Positions 1-11,978 of a stretch of DNA of 64,000 nucleotides are shown piece after piece (within the stretch, counting starts at the first letter, position 1; each line of letters opens with the position of its first letter). The position numbers were made by a program, and so were the translations under genes. The notes under the pieces are model-generated. The model had not been told where the DNA came from and ran no database searches. It saw only the letters and a list, made by a program, of their open reading frames with translations. The stretch comes from Octopus sinensis (taxonomy: Eukaryota): contig NC_043013.1 of the NCBI RefSeq assembly GCF_006345805.1, positions 6,324,001 to 6,388,000 on the forward strand, read 5' to 3'.

Positions 1-437
1 ATACTTTTCTACTCTAGGCACAAAGCCTGATATTTTAGGGGATGGGGACCAATCGATTAGATCAACACCAGTATAAAACTGGTACTTAATTTATCAACCC
101 TGAAAGGATGAAAGGCAAAGTCGACCTCAGTGGAATTTGAGCTCAGAATATAAAGACAGACGAAATACCACTAAGCATTTCACCCGGCATGCTAACGTTT
201 CTGCCAGCTGGCCTTAAATTATATTCTTTTCTATTGTAGGTACAAGGCCTGAAATTTCTGGGGAGGGGTCAGTCGATTAGATCGACCCCAGCATGCAACT
301 GGTACTTAATTTATCGACCCTGAAAGGTTGAAAGGCAAAGTCGACCTTGGTGGAATTTGAACGCAGAGCATAAAGGCAGATGAAATGCTGCTAAGCATTT
401 TGCCTGGTGTGCTAACAATTTTGCCAGCTGACCACCT
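1..437 (-). mobile_element. Two tandem copies of tRNA-derived SINE family A (head AAGGCGGCGAGCTGGCAG)
   Basis: Reverse complement matches the many + strand copies (e.g. 21024-21255): B-box-like GAGTTCAAATTCC, GTCGACTTTGCCTTTCATCCTTTC core, and tail ending AGTAGAAAAG. Confidence 0.8.
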
Positions 438-440
438 TTA

Positions 441-990
441 TAATAATAAATGCCCTGATGCAATACCAGACGGTGGCACTCATGGCTTCAGACATTAACT
501 GACTGGAAGTGTTATCATGTACATGCTCTGTCTTAGTGTAAAAGATGGGCTACAACAAATACTCTGCTCAATACAGATTTGCTTGTCAGTTGCTTGATCA
601 TAAGCAGTCGAGTATGTCCCTTAGTGCCTGATGATATGTGCATCTATGATCACAAGCAGGAGTAGTGGAAGGGCATTATAACCATGTTATTGAGAGGAAT
701 TCTTTGGTGTTTGAATAAGTCACCTTTGGAAACACAGTAGTTTCATTCATCATCCTTAAACAACCCTTATTCAGGGAACTTTTGAGCAGGATTGGCTACT
801 TGACTTAAAGAAAATTCTAACTGGGCCCCACCATCTGCAAGGTCATGTGTTGTTTATCTTGATACAAAATCACCATGTTGCACACATGGTTGTGATGCAT
901 GTGCCTGGTGTACCCTTATCAGATGGATATATTAGGCTTCATATATTCATACCCCAGCATCACTTTGATGGCATGTGTTGCTCGCTTGCT
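441..990 (+). mobile_element. 3' region of an (AAT)n-associated non-LTR element, possibly R4/Dong-like
   Basis: Its last ~200 bp is the reverse complement of 43381-43590; both copies end in or sit within (AAT)n. The clade assignment is inferred from the microsatellite target. Confidence 0.45.
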
Positions 991-1019
991 CAATAAATAA
1001 TAACATGAAGAAAATGAGG

Positions 1020-1490
1020 AAGGAACAAAGAAAACATTACATAGAAAAAAATTATAAGAGATACAGAAGAAATGAGAAGTATTGAATCTTGGAAATAGAT
1101 ACAAAATGGCTTTTTGAAGAAAGAAATACAAGGGTTGGTATTTGCACCCTGCAAACTGTCGTAAAAGTTGAATGAAGAAAAATATCAATAGCGAAAGTGC
1201 ATCAGAAAAGTGTAACTGTGTAATGAAAGCGGCAAGTTAATCTTCCAGTTAACATCAGAATGGCCAAAAATAGCACCAACGGAATATAAGTTCAGACATG
1301 ATGATGAAGTCTGGATCATCCATCTAAAAAAAGCTATGTTAGAAAAATGGTCTTATAGGTGAGTTCAGATGGAATAACCACAAACAACAAATAGTCAAGG
1401 AAAATACCAATGTTAAAATCTGGGACTGTAACATAAAGTCTGCCCATGTGACAGAACACAGAAGGATCTAGGAGTAGTGGTGACTTAAGG
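1020..1490 (+). mobile_element. Degenerate non-LTR ORF fragment (zinc knuckle / REL-endonuclease region, R4/Dong-like)
   Basis: Broken frames give KEIQGLVFA, EYKFRHD, KIWD and DLGVVV-like motifs resembling the C-terminus of REL-type LINEs; many stops and frameshifts. Confidence 0.45.
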
Positions 1491-2216
1491 GTGGTAACCC
1501 CGTACTAACCAAAACCCTTGAACTCCTAAGCTGGGACCTCAATACTGAATGTAGTTTAATGTCTTATCTCCAAGACAAATTACAGTATAAGCAGATATCT
1601 TCAGTTTCCAGATCAAGCAAATATCTCTCACAGCTCAATCAATGTTTGTGACCGTGTGTACTTTCGACATGGCAGTTTCTAAACGTTTTTGATTACTTCT
1701 AACCGTAAACCAGATTTGTAATATAATCAAGATTTGAGAATGGCATGAACATTTTGAAATCTAACCACCTGAAAGTAGTCATGTTCTATCACTAAAGCTT
1801 ATTTTTAACCATCTAGCATTTTAACCGACCATATCCGGCCCAAATATTCTACCTTTTTTTTGTGGAGAAAATGACTAAATCTGGCCTATCACACCTATTC
1901 TACAATGTAATTCTGAAAACAATCATCATTGAAAATTCAAAATTTGAAATGATTAATTCAAAACAATTTGAATAATTAAATCTTATATTTGACAGAATAA
2001 TCAGAATGCTAAAGGATTAAAGTAATCTACTTTCAAATCTTCCATCAAAATTTCATGTTAATTTATATTCAAAAATGACAAAGTTATTTCACTAAATCTT
2101 TTTTTAATTTTCTAGATTAATAGAATCAAAGCCAGTATATTTCAACAGAAATCTGGTAATAAAAGGGTTAATAATGACAAAACTATTTTAATCAGTTGCT
2201 GATTATTTTGAAAATT

Positions 2217-2651
2217 AAGGCGGCGAGCTGGCAGAAACGTTAGCATGCTGGGCGAAATGCATAGCTGTATTTCATCTGCCGTTACATTCTGAGTTCAAAT
2301 TCTGCTGAGGTCGACTTTGCCTTTCATCCTTTCGGGGTAGATAAATTAAGTACCAGTTGTGTACTGGGGTTGATCTAATTGACTGGCCCCTCCTCTCCAA
2401 AATTTTCGGGCCTTGTGCCTAGAGTAGAAAATATTTTCATTCCTTATCTTTAAGGCAGCAAGCTGGCAGAAATGTTAGCATGCAGGGTGATATGCCTAAC
2501 TGTATTTCATCTGTCTTTACATTCAGAGTTTGAATTCTGCCAAGGTCAACTTTGCCTTTCATCCTTTCAGGGTTGATAAATTAAGTACCAGTTGCATACT
2601 GGGGTTGATCAAACTGACTGGCCTTTCAGGCCTTGTGCTTAGAGTAGAAAA
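2217..2651 (+). mobile_element. Two tandem SINE family A copies
   Basis: Heads AAGGCGGCGAGCTGGCAG and AAGGCAGCAAGCTGGCAG, with the shared core and AGTAGAAAA tails. Confidence 0.85.
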
Positions 2652-2942
2652 GTTTATTTTGAAAATTAATTGAAAACTCACTGAAACAAAGGCAGTGAAT
2701 TTCAATAGCAGTATAGTAACCGAAGAATGAATTACAGGTACCAGCCATGCTTACAGAACCAAATATCTAACCAAAGGTTATATTTACTTAAGTTTCATGA
2801 AAATATTTCTAAGGATGGCCATGTAGTAATCAACAGAAATATGGTGACAAAAAGGTGAAGATGTGCTCAAGGAACAACTATCTGTCCAACCAGAAGTAAA
2901 AATAAAATGCTACATTTACCAAAGAGAAGCGTCTATATTTAC

Positions 2943-3094
2943 CTTGGCTTCATGCAAGCGTCTCCTTTAAGGACGGCATTAAGTATCAGCTGCTGAATAT
3001 CGGTAATGAACAAAGACGGTGACTGAGATGGTGTGTCGGCTTTGGCATCTCCCACATCCAAACTGGGGAACTTGAGGTTAATTTGGGGGTAATT
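2943..3094 (-). CDS. REXO5: Internal coding exon of a REXO5-like RNA exonuclease (N-terminal conserved region)
   Basis: Flanked by gtgcag and AG/gtaaat. The 152-nt open frame reads NYPQINLKFPSLDVGDAKADTPSQSPSLFITDIQQLILNAVLKGDACMKP, which resembles the LFxTDIQxLLxxALLG..P.WC motif of REXO5/NEF-sp proteins as recalled; no search was run. Confidence 0.7.
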
Positions 3095-3441
3095 CTGCAC
3101 AGCAACATGTGGTTACATGCAAAAGAGAATAACAAGAAAAATAACAATACAAACACTGTCAACTGTCAAAACAGTTGCACATAAAGAAAGAAAAACATTA
3201 GCAGTTTGATAATATTCCTGTCATGGAAACCTCAATATCAGCAATTCCAAACATGGGGACCTGCAAACCCTTGGAGGCCTTCAACGTAAATATAGCTTTG
3301 GGGTCAAGGTCTATGAGCTGTATTTAAAATCATAAAAGGGTGGCAGTGTAGATAAACCCTTTAGCATTCAAACTATTGTCAAATGTAATGCTTATTTATT
3401 CACAATGCTTTGAATTAATCACGCATTATTTTATGGTTTCA

Positions 3442-3838
3442 AAGGCTGCAAGCTGGCAGAAATGTCTGCCATTACGTTCTGAGTTCAAATTCCACCAAGA
3501 TCGACTTTGCCTTTCATCCTTTCGGGGTCAATAAATTACATACCAGTTACGCACCGGGGTCAATGTAATCGACTTAACCCTTTTGTCTGTTCTTCTTTAT
3601 CCCCTCTATGTTTAGCCCCTTGTGGGCAATAAAAAAAATAAGAAACGTTAGCATGCCAGGCGAAATGCTTAGCAGTATTTCGTCTGTCTTTACATTCGGA
3701 GTTCAAATTCCGCCAAGGTTGACTTTGCCTTTCATCCTTTTGGGATCAATAAATTAAGTACCAGTTGCGTACTGGGGTTGATCTAATCAAGTGGCCCCCT
3801 CCCCCAAATTTTGGGCCTTGGGCCTAGAGTAGAAAAGA
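3442..3838 (+). mobile_element. Dimeric SINE family A nested in a TTAA-type MITE (about 3355-3990)
   Basis: Two SINE cores lie inside a segment with ends CCCTTTAGCATT and AATGCTAAAGG. Confidence 0.7.
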
Positions 3839-4374
3839 TTATTTTATGGTTTCAAGATTTCAATGATATGTCAGTATATTTCTAGAATGGCATTGTATGA
3901 TAGGTGTGAGATGTTGGATCTAGTCAGTTTTAACATAAAACAGGCAGAATATTTGGGCTGGATATGGCCAGGTTAAATGCTAAAGGATTAAATAAGATGT
4001 GCAGTTAAGCAGTTACCTATAATTATTAAATCCTCATCATCATTTAAATGTCCACCTTTCCATGCTTGCATGAGTGAGATAGAATCTCTTGAGACAGATT
4101 TTCCACAGCTAGATGCCCTTCCTGATGCCAGCGCTCACTTGTTTCCAAGCAAGGTGATATTTCCTCATGGCCAGACATGTCTTTGTGGAAGATTGGAAGC
4201 AAGCAACACAGCTTGTATGATGGTGACACTCATTTACAACGATCACGTAACATCAAGTTATCAAGAAACAGACACACAGATCTCAAACACATGATGGGTC
4301 TCCATTCAATATGCATCTACCAAAATTCATGGACAAGCTTCTTAACCATACAGCCATGCCTGTGCCTACATAAT

Positions 4375-4730
4375 CATTCAGTTGAGATCAACCCTGACAC
4401 CTGGGAAACGCAAGCACAAGACCACCATGCCTGGCAAAGCTGCACCAACAGAGGTGTCATCTTCTACGAACAGATCAAGATCGCAGGGGCACAAAGAGAA
4501 TGCAAGCTGTGCAAACCCAGAGCTAAATCCTTGCCTTCAGTCTCAATAAACCACCAGCACCCAACCTGTGGAAGAGCCTTCCAATCATGCATTGGACAGA
4601 TTGACCACAGCCAGGCACACCATGCCCTGACTTCTTCACCTGTGTATTGTCTTTGGTCATAACTGATAATGACAGATATAATAATAAAAATAAAAATAAT
4701 AATAATATTAATAATAATAATAATAATGGT
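4375..4730 (+). mobile_element. 3' end of an RTE/BovB-like LINE with degenerate C2H2 finger and (AAT)n tail
   Basis: ORF 4177-4662 contains EINPDTWETQAQDHHAWQS and PTCGRAFQSCIGQIDHSQAH, typical of the RTE C-terminus, followed by (AAT)n. Confidence 0.7.
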
Positions 4731-4970
4731 TTCAAATTTTGCCACAAGGGTAGCAATCTTGGGTGGGAGTGGGGGGATGAGTTGATTACATTGACCCAGT
4801 ACTCAACTTGAACTTATTTCATCGACCCTGAAAGGATGAAATGCAAAACTGACCTTGGCAGAATTTGAACTCAGAACACAGCAGCAGAAGAAATACTGCT
4901 AAGCATTTCACCTAGCATGCTAACGATTCTGCCAGCTTGCCAACTTAATAATAATAATAATAATAATAAT

Positions 4971-5558
4971 TAATTCGTTTATTGGCCTCAAGGGCTAACA
5001 AAAATCAATTATAACATTTAGGGACAAAACACAGGACGAAAGTTACAAAGGGTTTTGTCCGTTTGAAAAATCCGTGTAAAAAAAACAGTGTAACAGCGAA
5101 AATATTTAACAATGAAAAACTCCCTAAAGGGGGAGGTGCTTCGAAAGGTTACTCGTGGAAAAACCCATATAAGCAACGAGAGCCTTGTCAAAAGGGGGGT
5201 AGAGAGCCCCTTTCTCCTTTTGTAATACCTTTTTATATTACAGGTGTATCCTCAGAATTGGTCCGTTCATAATGGCCATTCTTGCTTCATTCACCCACCT
5301 TTCAATAAACTTGCTACCAGACAGCACTTCACTCTCTACTCTCATCTTCCTTTTCAAGTGAAACTTGAAAAAGTTGATGAGGCCTTGGCCAAAGAGGAAA
5401 GTGTCTGACCTTAGCCCTTTCAAATGGGTCCACCATATCACCTCTTTCGTTACAGCCACTAGGCAAAGGAAAACTGCCTTGCCCTCCTGGCTAAAGGAGG
5501 TCAGCGGGGCAATCTTCACTATGGATTCAGCTGATAGCCGGATCCGTCCTATACGCGA
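4971..5558 (-). mobile_element. 5'-truncated Tx1/L1-clade LINE (ORF2 C-terminus and 3' UTR)
   Basis: ORF 5238-5585 reads LSAESIVKIAP...VFLCLVAVTKEVIWWTHLKG...KFIERW; poly(A) signal AATAAA at 4977-4982 and (ATT)n tail at 4946-4970. Confidence 0.7.
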
Positions 5559-6419
5559 CAGTAAGTCTGTCTTTGTCAAGTTCAAAATAAGAAGTGATGA
5601 AAATTTTAAATTATTGAATCACGCTCTTCGTCTTGACTGCTTACCTTTATGAAGAGTTACGTTAATCCTTTTTAAAATATCAAAACCAAGTAGATTGAGA
5701 TGATTGATTTCATGGTACACAGAATAAAAATTGGATCATAGAGAAATTCTGGAAGTTATCAAAGCAGTTGGTTGTCTAAGGAAAACTGTAATGTAAATTA
5801 CAGCTTTTGCATTTCATTCCTTCTTACAGTTGGCTTGTCAGCCCTGTTAGTTTTCTTAGACACCCATGTTGAGTCCAATCCTGGGCCAATGGATTTTGTA
5901 TCATTCAAATATTCAATGTGTGGACACTGGTTGCTCTCGTTCATACTTTATGTTTAAATTTCTGTAATTTTGAATTTTTATCACTTCTTATTTTGAACTT
6001 GACACAGACAGACTTACTGTTGAAATATCGTTCAACCAATAAAATATCTTACAATCGAATTGCGCTCTTCGCCTTAACTGTTTACCTTTCTGATGAGTTA
6101 TGTCAATCCTTTTAGAATCATCATCATCGTTTAACATCCATTTTCCATGCTAGCATGGGTTGGACGGTTCGACTGGGGTCTGGGAAGCCAGGAGGCTGCA
6201 CCAGGCTCCAGTCTGATCCGGCAGTGTTTCTACAGCTGAATGCCCTTCCTAATGCCAACCACTCCGTGAGTGAAGTGGGTGCTTTTTACGTGCCACCAGC
6301 ACAGGGGCGAGAGGAGGCTGGCAACAGCCATGATTAGTTGGTGCTTCTTACATGCTACTGGCACGGACGACAGTCAAGGAGGTGCAGGCATCGGCCACGT
6401 TTGGATGGTGCTTGACCAC

Positions 6420-6893
6420 TGACCACCTCATCTCATGTCTTCCTGGGTCTACCGCTACCCTGGATTCCTTCATCTGTATATAATATAATAATAAAAATCC
6501 TTTCTACTATGTATCTGTTTCTTGATAACTTGATGTTACGTGATCGTTGTAAATGAGTGTCACCATCATACCTGGCACGGGTATCACAACTACAATTTCC
6601 ATTGGATTTTAATTTTGACATTGATGTACTTGACTCAATAGGTCTCCTCAAGCACAGCAGGTTGCCCTACGATCCAAGGTAAGCACAGCAGGCCATCCTG
6701 TGAGCCATGAACTCATTTCATTTGTTGGGACTTCACAGTCACAGCATATCTCCAGTCTTTTGACATTGCCTCTGTGAGGCCCAACGTTCGAAGGTCATGC
6801 TTGACCACCTCATCTCATGTCTTCCTGGGTCTACCTCTACCCCGGATTCCTTCAACTGTATATAATATAATAATAAAAATCCTTTCTACTATG
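6420..6893. repeat. 92-bp direct repeat (6420-6511 and 6802-6893)
   Basis: TGACCACCTCATCTCATGTC...AAAAATCCTTTCTACTATG occurs twice with about 3 mismatches. Confidence 0.85.
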
Positions 6894-7469
6894 GGCACAA
6901 AGCCTGAAATTTGGTGGGAGGGAGGGGGGAAGAGTGGTTAAGTCGATTACATCAACCTCAGTACACAACTGGTACTTAATTTATTGACCCAAAAGGATGA
7001 AAGACAAAGTCAACCATGGTGGAATTTGAACTCAGAATGTAATGATGGGCAAAATGCCTCCAAGCATTCCCTCCAGTATGTTAATGATTCTGCCAGCTTA
7101 TCATAATAATAATAATAATAATAATAATGGTTTCAAATTTGCCACAAGGGCAGCAGTTTTGGGGGAGGGGATGAGTTGATTACCTTGACCCGAGTGTTCA
7201 ACTGGTCCTTATTTTATCGACCCCGAAAAGGATGAAAAGTAAAGTCGACCTCGGAATAGTGATAATGATAACAAGAGTACAATACGATGTTAACATGTGT
7301 TTGTCATTATTCAGTTCCATATTTCTTTCAATTGAGAGAGGAAACAAGTCTGTGGTAAACAACATTGCTTTGTTGAGTGAAAGGGGCCTTTCAAAGCCCT
7401 GGGGGTGTCTGTGGGAACACTGTAGAATTGCATTGCTCAGTGTTTTTACGGGACACATTGAATGGAATG

Positions 7470-7852
7470 GAAGCACTCCATCAGTTACGACGACGAGGGT
7501 TCCGGTTGATCCGAATCAACGGAACAGCCTGCTCGTGAAATTAACGTGTAAGTGGCTGAGCACTCCACAGACACGTGTACCCCTTAACGTAGTTCTCGGG
7601 GATATTCAGCGTGACACAGAGAGTGACAAGGCCGGCCCTTTGAAATACAGGTACAACAGAAACAGGAAGTAAGAGTGAGAGAAAGTTGTGGTGAAAGAGT
7701 ACAGCAGGGATCACCACCATCCCCTGCCGGAGCCTCGTGGAGCTTTAGGTGTTTTCGCTCAATAAACACTCACAACGCCCAGTCTGGGAATCGAAACCGC
7801 GATCCTATGACCGCGAGTCTGCTGCCCTAACCACTGGGCCATTGCGCCTCCA
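7470..7852 (-). mobile_element. tRNA-derived SINE family C (head GGAGGCGCAATGGCCCAGTGG)
   Basis: Near-identical reverse complement of 20622-21006, with A and B boxes. Confidence 0.85.
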
Positions 7853-7971
7853 CTACACATTGAATAATGCAGTTCTAGATACATCGTGACAGGGAAAAAG
7901 AAAAAAAAAATCTGTGATGGTCATGGCTAGAATGCCTTTGATCACAGGTTTGCTTAATCAGGGCTGAAACA

Positions 7972-8205
7972 ATATGGCGTAATGGTTAAGAGCACAGGCT
8001 ACTAACCCCCAACATTCTGAGTTCGATTCCAGTCAGTGACCTGAATAATAATACTAACATCAGAAAAATACCTTAGGAATGAGAACCCAGGTACGAAATT
8101 TTCCCAGGACACCTGATGAAGACTGGAGGGTATATCAGCTGAAACGTTGAGTTAACAACAAACAAGATGAGGACAAATATCTGTCAAATGTAAATAATGT
8201 AAATG
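7972..8205 (+). mobile_element. tRNA-like-headed element with Penelope-like tail containing a minimal hammerhead motif
   Basis: A box TGGCGTAATGG (7975-7985), B box GAGTTCGATTCC (8019-8030), then CTGATGA...GAAACGTT (8113-8148) and a TGTAAATAA-type tail. Confidence 0.65.
8108..8153 (+). ncRNA. Minimal type I hammerhead ribozyme-like motif (decayed)
   Basis: GACAC-CTGATGA-A-GACTG(GAGGGTATAT)CAGCT-GAAAC-GTT-GAGTT. Helices I and II each have one mismatch; palindromic AACGTT forms helix III. Confidence 0.55.
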
Positions 8206-8509
8206 TTTGTTGGGACAAGGAAGCTTTATATAAGGGTGTTAGGCCTGATAAAAATAGCAGCCAGATCACCCTCATTTTATACTGCTGATATTTCAAAGAT
8301 AAAAAAAATATGAAAGAAACATTAAGGTACGTTTTTCATGTATTATAACAAGGTTGGGGTGGGGTGGGGTGGGGGCAAGACGGGATGGTCATGGTTGGAA
8401 TGTCTCTGATCATAGAATAAGTGTACTAGATCAGAACCACATTGGATTTCAACAACTCCCATCCACCGGCCCCACCCCCGCGCGTAACTAAAACGTCTTA
8501 AAAACAAAG

Positions 8510-8562
<53 letters not shown>

Positions 8563-10260
8563 ACCAACCTTGATTGCTGACATGGTAAAATATTGTTATT
8601 ATTATTAAATCCGTCACTCTTGAGGCAAATAAATAAACGATTATTGTTGTTGTTGTTGTTGTTGCTGTTTTTGTTATTGTCAGTAAATCGTACAGGGTAT
8701 CGGCTCCGAGTTCGATCGCCAAAGTACAGGTACAAAAAACCCCACCGGAAACGGGAGTAGGAAGGCCAAAGGGAGTTTGCAAAATAAAAACGAAAAAGGG
8801 AAAAAAAACAACAAAAAATATAAAAGGAAGAGAAAAAAAGAAGGGTAAAAAAAGTGGGGGGTGCAATCCTAATCAGTAGAGGTCGGCAGAGGGTTTAACG
8901 AGGACGAGGGGCTCGGGTTTTCATATCCACACACATACACACACACACACATATGTGTGTGTGACTGAATCGCCAAGAAAGGAACGCTTTTGTCTTTTTT
9001 TTGTTTGTTTTTTACTTTTGGGTTGGTTGTTTTTGTTTGTTTTTGTTTTTAGCAAAAGTAGCGTCAAATCGAAACAGTCAAATTTCCTTCAAGATTCGTT
9101 AACGTGTGGCTGTTGTTGTTGTTGTGCTGGTGCTGGTGGTGGTGGTGACTGTGGTTGTTGTTGTTGTTGTAGTTGCTGCCAGCGGTGTTGTTGTTGATGA
9201 TGATGATCATAACCACGATGATGACGACAACAGCGATGATGATGATGACGACGACGATGATAGCCGCGACGACAACAGTGATGATGATGATGATGATGAT
9301 GATGATAATCATAACGATTGCGGTTGTGCCGCCTTATTTGCTCCGGCTCTTTACGACCCGAGTTCAAATCCCGCCGAGGTCAACTGAGCCTTTTTTTTTC
9401 CTTTTCTTTTCTTTCGGGGGCGATATAATAAAAAGTAACCGGTCAAGTGCTGGAGTCGAAGGGTTTCGACTGACACCCGTTCCTCGACAAAATTTCAAAC
9501 CTTGCGTGTCAATGTTTTTGTCAAAGCCACCCTCCACCTCGACCCTCACTTTCCATAAAAGAAAATGCTTTTAACTTTTAACTTTATTATAATTTTTCCT
9601 AAATAATGAATGCAATATACGTCATCAACATGCAAAACTACATCGAAAGAACATTGTTTGAAAATTTCCAGATAAAAATTTGTGGCTGGGAGAAAACGAA
9701 AAAGATCCTGGACCTATTCTTAGCATGCGCTTCTAGATAGGACACCAGTTGGGTGAGAGCTAGAGCCCTTGAGCCAGGATAATCCTAGATTTGTGAGGTT
9801 CTTTGATTAGCTCTAGTTGGGGGTTCTCCTGTATCATCCATATGTTCATATATTTTGTACACAATGTATCATACCGGTAATCTCGTTTCCCCGTCGTCCT
9901 ATCCCGTTCTTCCCTTCATCTTTTATGTAAACCCCACGGACAAATTGTTTAAAGTCCTTATGATGTTCCCCTGTGGCAAAACTGAGAAACCTTCATCATT
10001 TCCATCATCATCGAGGATGCTTCGAAGAAGTTATTGACGTTGGCTGCTACTCGGCTTAGTCATTGGACTATGGCCATGCTGGGGCACTGCCTTGAAGGGT
10101 TTTAGTCCGACCCCAGCACTCTTTATTTATTTATTTATTTTTTCCTTTTAAGTCTGGTACTTATCCTATCGGCATCTTTTGCAGAACCGCTAAGTTAGAG
10201 GAACGTAAACAAACCAACGCTATTTGTCAAGCGGTAGAGAGGACACACATACACACAGAC

Positions 10261-10291
<31 letters not shown>

Positions 10292-10300
10292 ATATATATA

Positions 10301-10436
10301 GGTAAACAGTAAAAATAATTACAGACATGGACAAGAACATGAAACACCACAGAGACGACACAAGAACCACGGGACGGGACATTCGAAGCCCTCAGTCATC
10401 AGTCAAGAACCAGATCATCTTAGCAATTTCGGCTGA

Positions 10437-10437
<1 letters not shown>
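10301..10437 (-). mobile_element. Short (TA)n-embedded element, Penelope-like tail; second copy at 19651-19780
   Basis: Two related copies, both flanked by (TA)n on each side and both starting TCAGCCGAAATTGC on the minus strand. Confidence 0.55.
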
Positions 10438-10470
<33 letters not shown>

Positions 10471-11751
10471 AGTGATGAGGAAACAAAGTCGATGTAGTCA
10501 GACTTGTGTAGGTATCCTTACATACATACACACACACATAATACATACATACATACATACATACATACATACACGATGGGCTTCCACTGTTTCCGTTTAC
10601 CAAATCCACTTAAAGGTAAATGGCCGACCTGGGGCTATAGTAAAAGACACAGCAGTTCCTTCATTATTATATATATATATATATATATTTTTTTTTTCTT
10701 TGATAACAGAAGTGGAAGCAATAGAGAGAGAGAGAGAGAGAAAGAGTGAGTGAGTGGAAAGGGACGATGAAGTGAGGTACAAGATTACAGACAAGATTCG
10801 ATTCGATTCGATCCGGCAACCCCTGTGCATGTTTAAAAAACAATGAGACAACGTAGTAAAACACAAATTTTACTTACAACCAGAGGGAGTGAGTGTGTCG
10901 GCCATGGATACATTAAACTAAATGTAACTGGGAACGAACCACCGATCCTTCGGTATCCGACTGACTCGGCCATTCGTAGTTCACTGATGTTGATGTTGTT
11001 GTTTGTAGTGGTGGTGGTGGTGGTGTTGACGGTGGTGGTGGTGGAGGTGGTGGTAGTGGTGTTGGTGGTGGTGGTGGTGGCGGTGGTGACGGTGGTGGAG
11101 GCAGCAGCGGCGGCCGATATAGAGGAAGTGTTAGTTTTGTTGCACATCACGTTAGTATTGTTGTTGCTGTTGTCTGCCGTGTCATGACTACTGCGATGGT
11201 GATGGCGATGGTGGTGAAAGAGTTTGTATTACAGTTGAAGTGTGGTTGCTGTTGTTATTGTTGTTAAGGAAGGGGAAAGGGAAGAGGCGAAGGAGAAGGA
11301 GGAAGAGGAACGCGGTCGTCACGGCTTCGGGCAGCACGAGCGGAGGAGTTGAATAAACGAAACGTTCGCTCGGCGCTCCTTAGTCGTGACCACCTCGTCT
11401 TTGTTGCAGGCAGACAATTTTACTCTGGTGGACCTTCATAACCAGTCAATGTTTGAAAAATCCTATTACATTTTTTATATTTAAATATTGTCGGGAATTG
11501 TATTTAAAAAATCGTTAAAATATTTTGTGTACAGAAGAAGTATAAACGATCTCTTCTTGTAGATGAATTTTAATAACAAATCTCATATGGACCCCACTCC
11601 ACAAGGGTCGTATGACCCCCGTTTAGAATCACTGCTGTAGATTAAGCTCGAAGTCAACTCTGACCGAACGGACTGATCATCAAAGCACGAAGAACTGAGG
11701 GTATGTTATGTTCAAGGAAGAGGTACAGCAAAGAGACACCCTACACCTATT

Positions 11752-11978
11752 TCTTTATTACCCACAAGGGGCTAAACACAGAGGGGACAAACAAGGACAG
11801 ACATAGGTATTAAGTCGATTACATCGACCCCAGTGCGTAACTGGTACTTAATTTATCGACCCCGAAAGGATGAAAGGCAAAGTCGACCTCGGCGGAATTT
11901 GAACTCAGAACGTAACGGCAGACGAAATACCGCTTAGCATTTCGCCCGGCATGCTAACGTTTCTGTCAGCTCGCCTTT
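11752..11978 (-). mobile_element. SINE family A with 9-bp target-site duplication
   Basis: Full head-to-tail copy flanked by CCCTACACC on both sides. Confidence 0.9.

Noticed and set aside
5646-5780. Apparent minus-strand exon with AAG/gtaagc donor
   Set aside because: Every candidate acceptor gives an in-frame stop, and the donor lies in a duplicated block.
8400-8445. SECIS element
   Set aside because: UGA/GA spacing is too short for helix II and there is no suitable apical AAR.
8955-9574. Poly-His/Gln/Asp/Ile ORFs
   Set aside because: Trinucleotide repeats are open in several frames on both strands, and the 3' part is a decayed SINE; no frame can be preferred.
10380-10440. CTGA(T/A)GA motif in the 10301 and 19651 elements as a hammerhead
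   Set aside because: No proper GAAA core downstream and no helix I pairing.
10877-10905. MADTLT resembling the human TBCE N-terminus MSDTLT
   Set aside because: Only six residues, wrong genomic position and no downstream TBCE exons; treated as chance.
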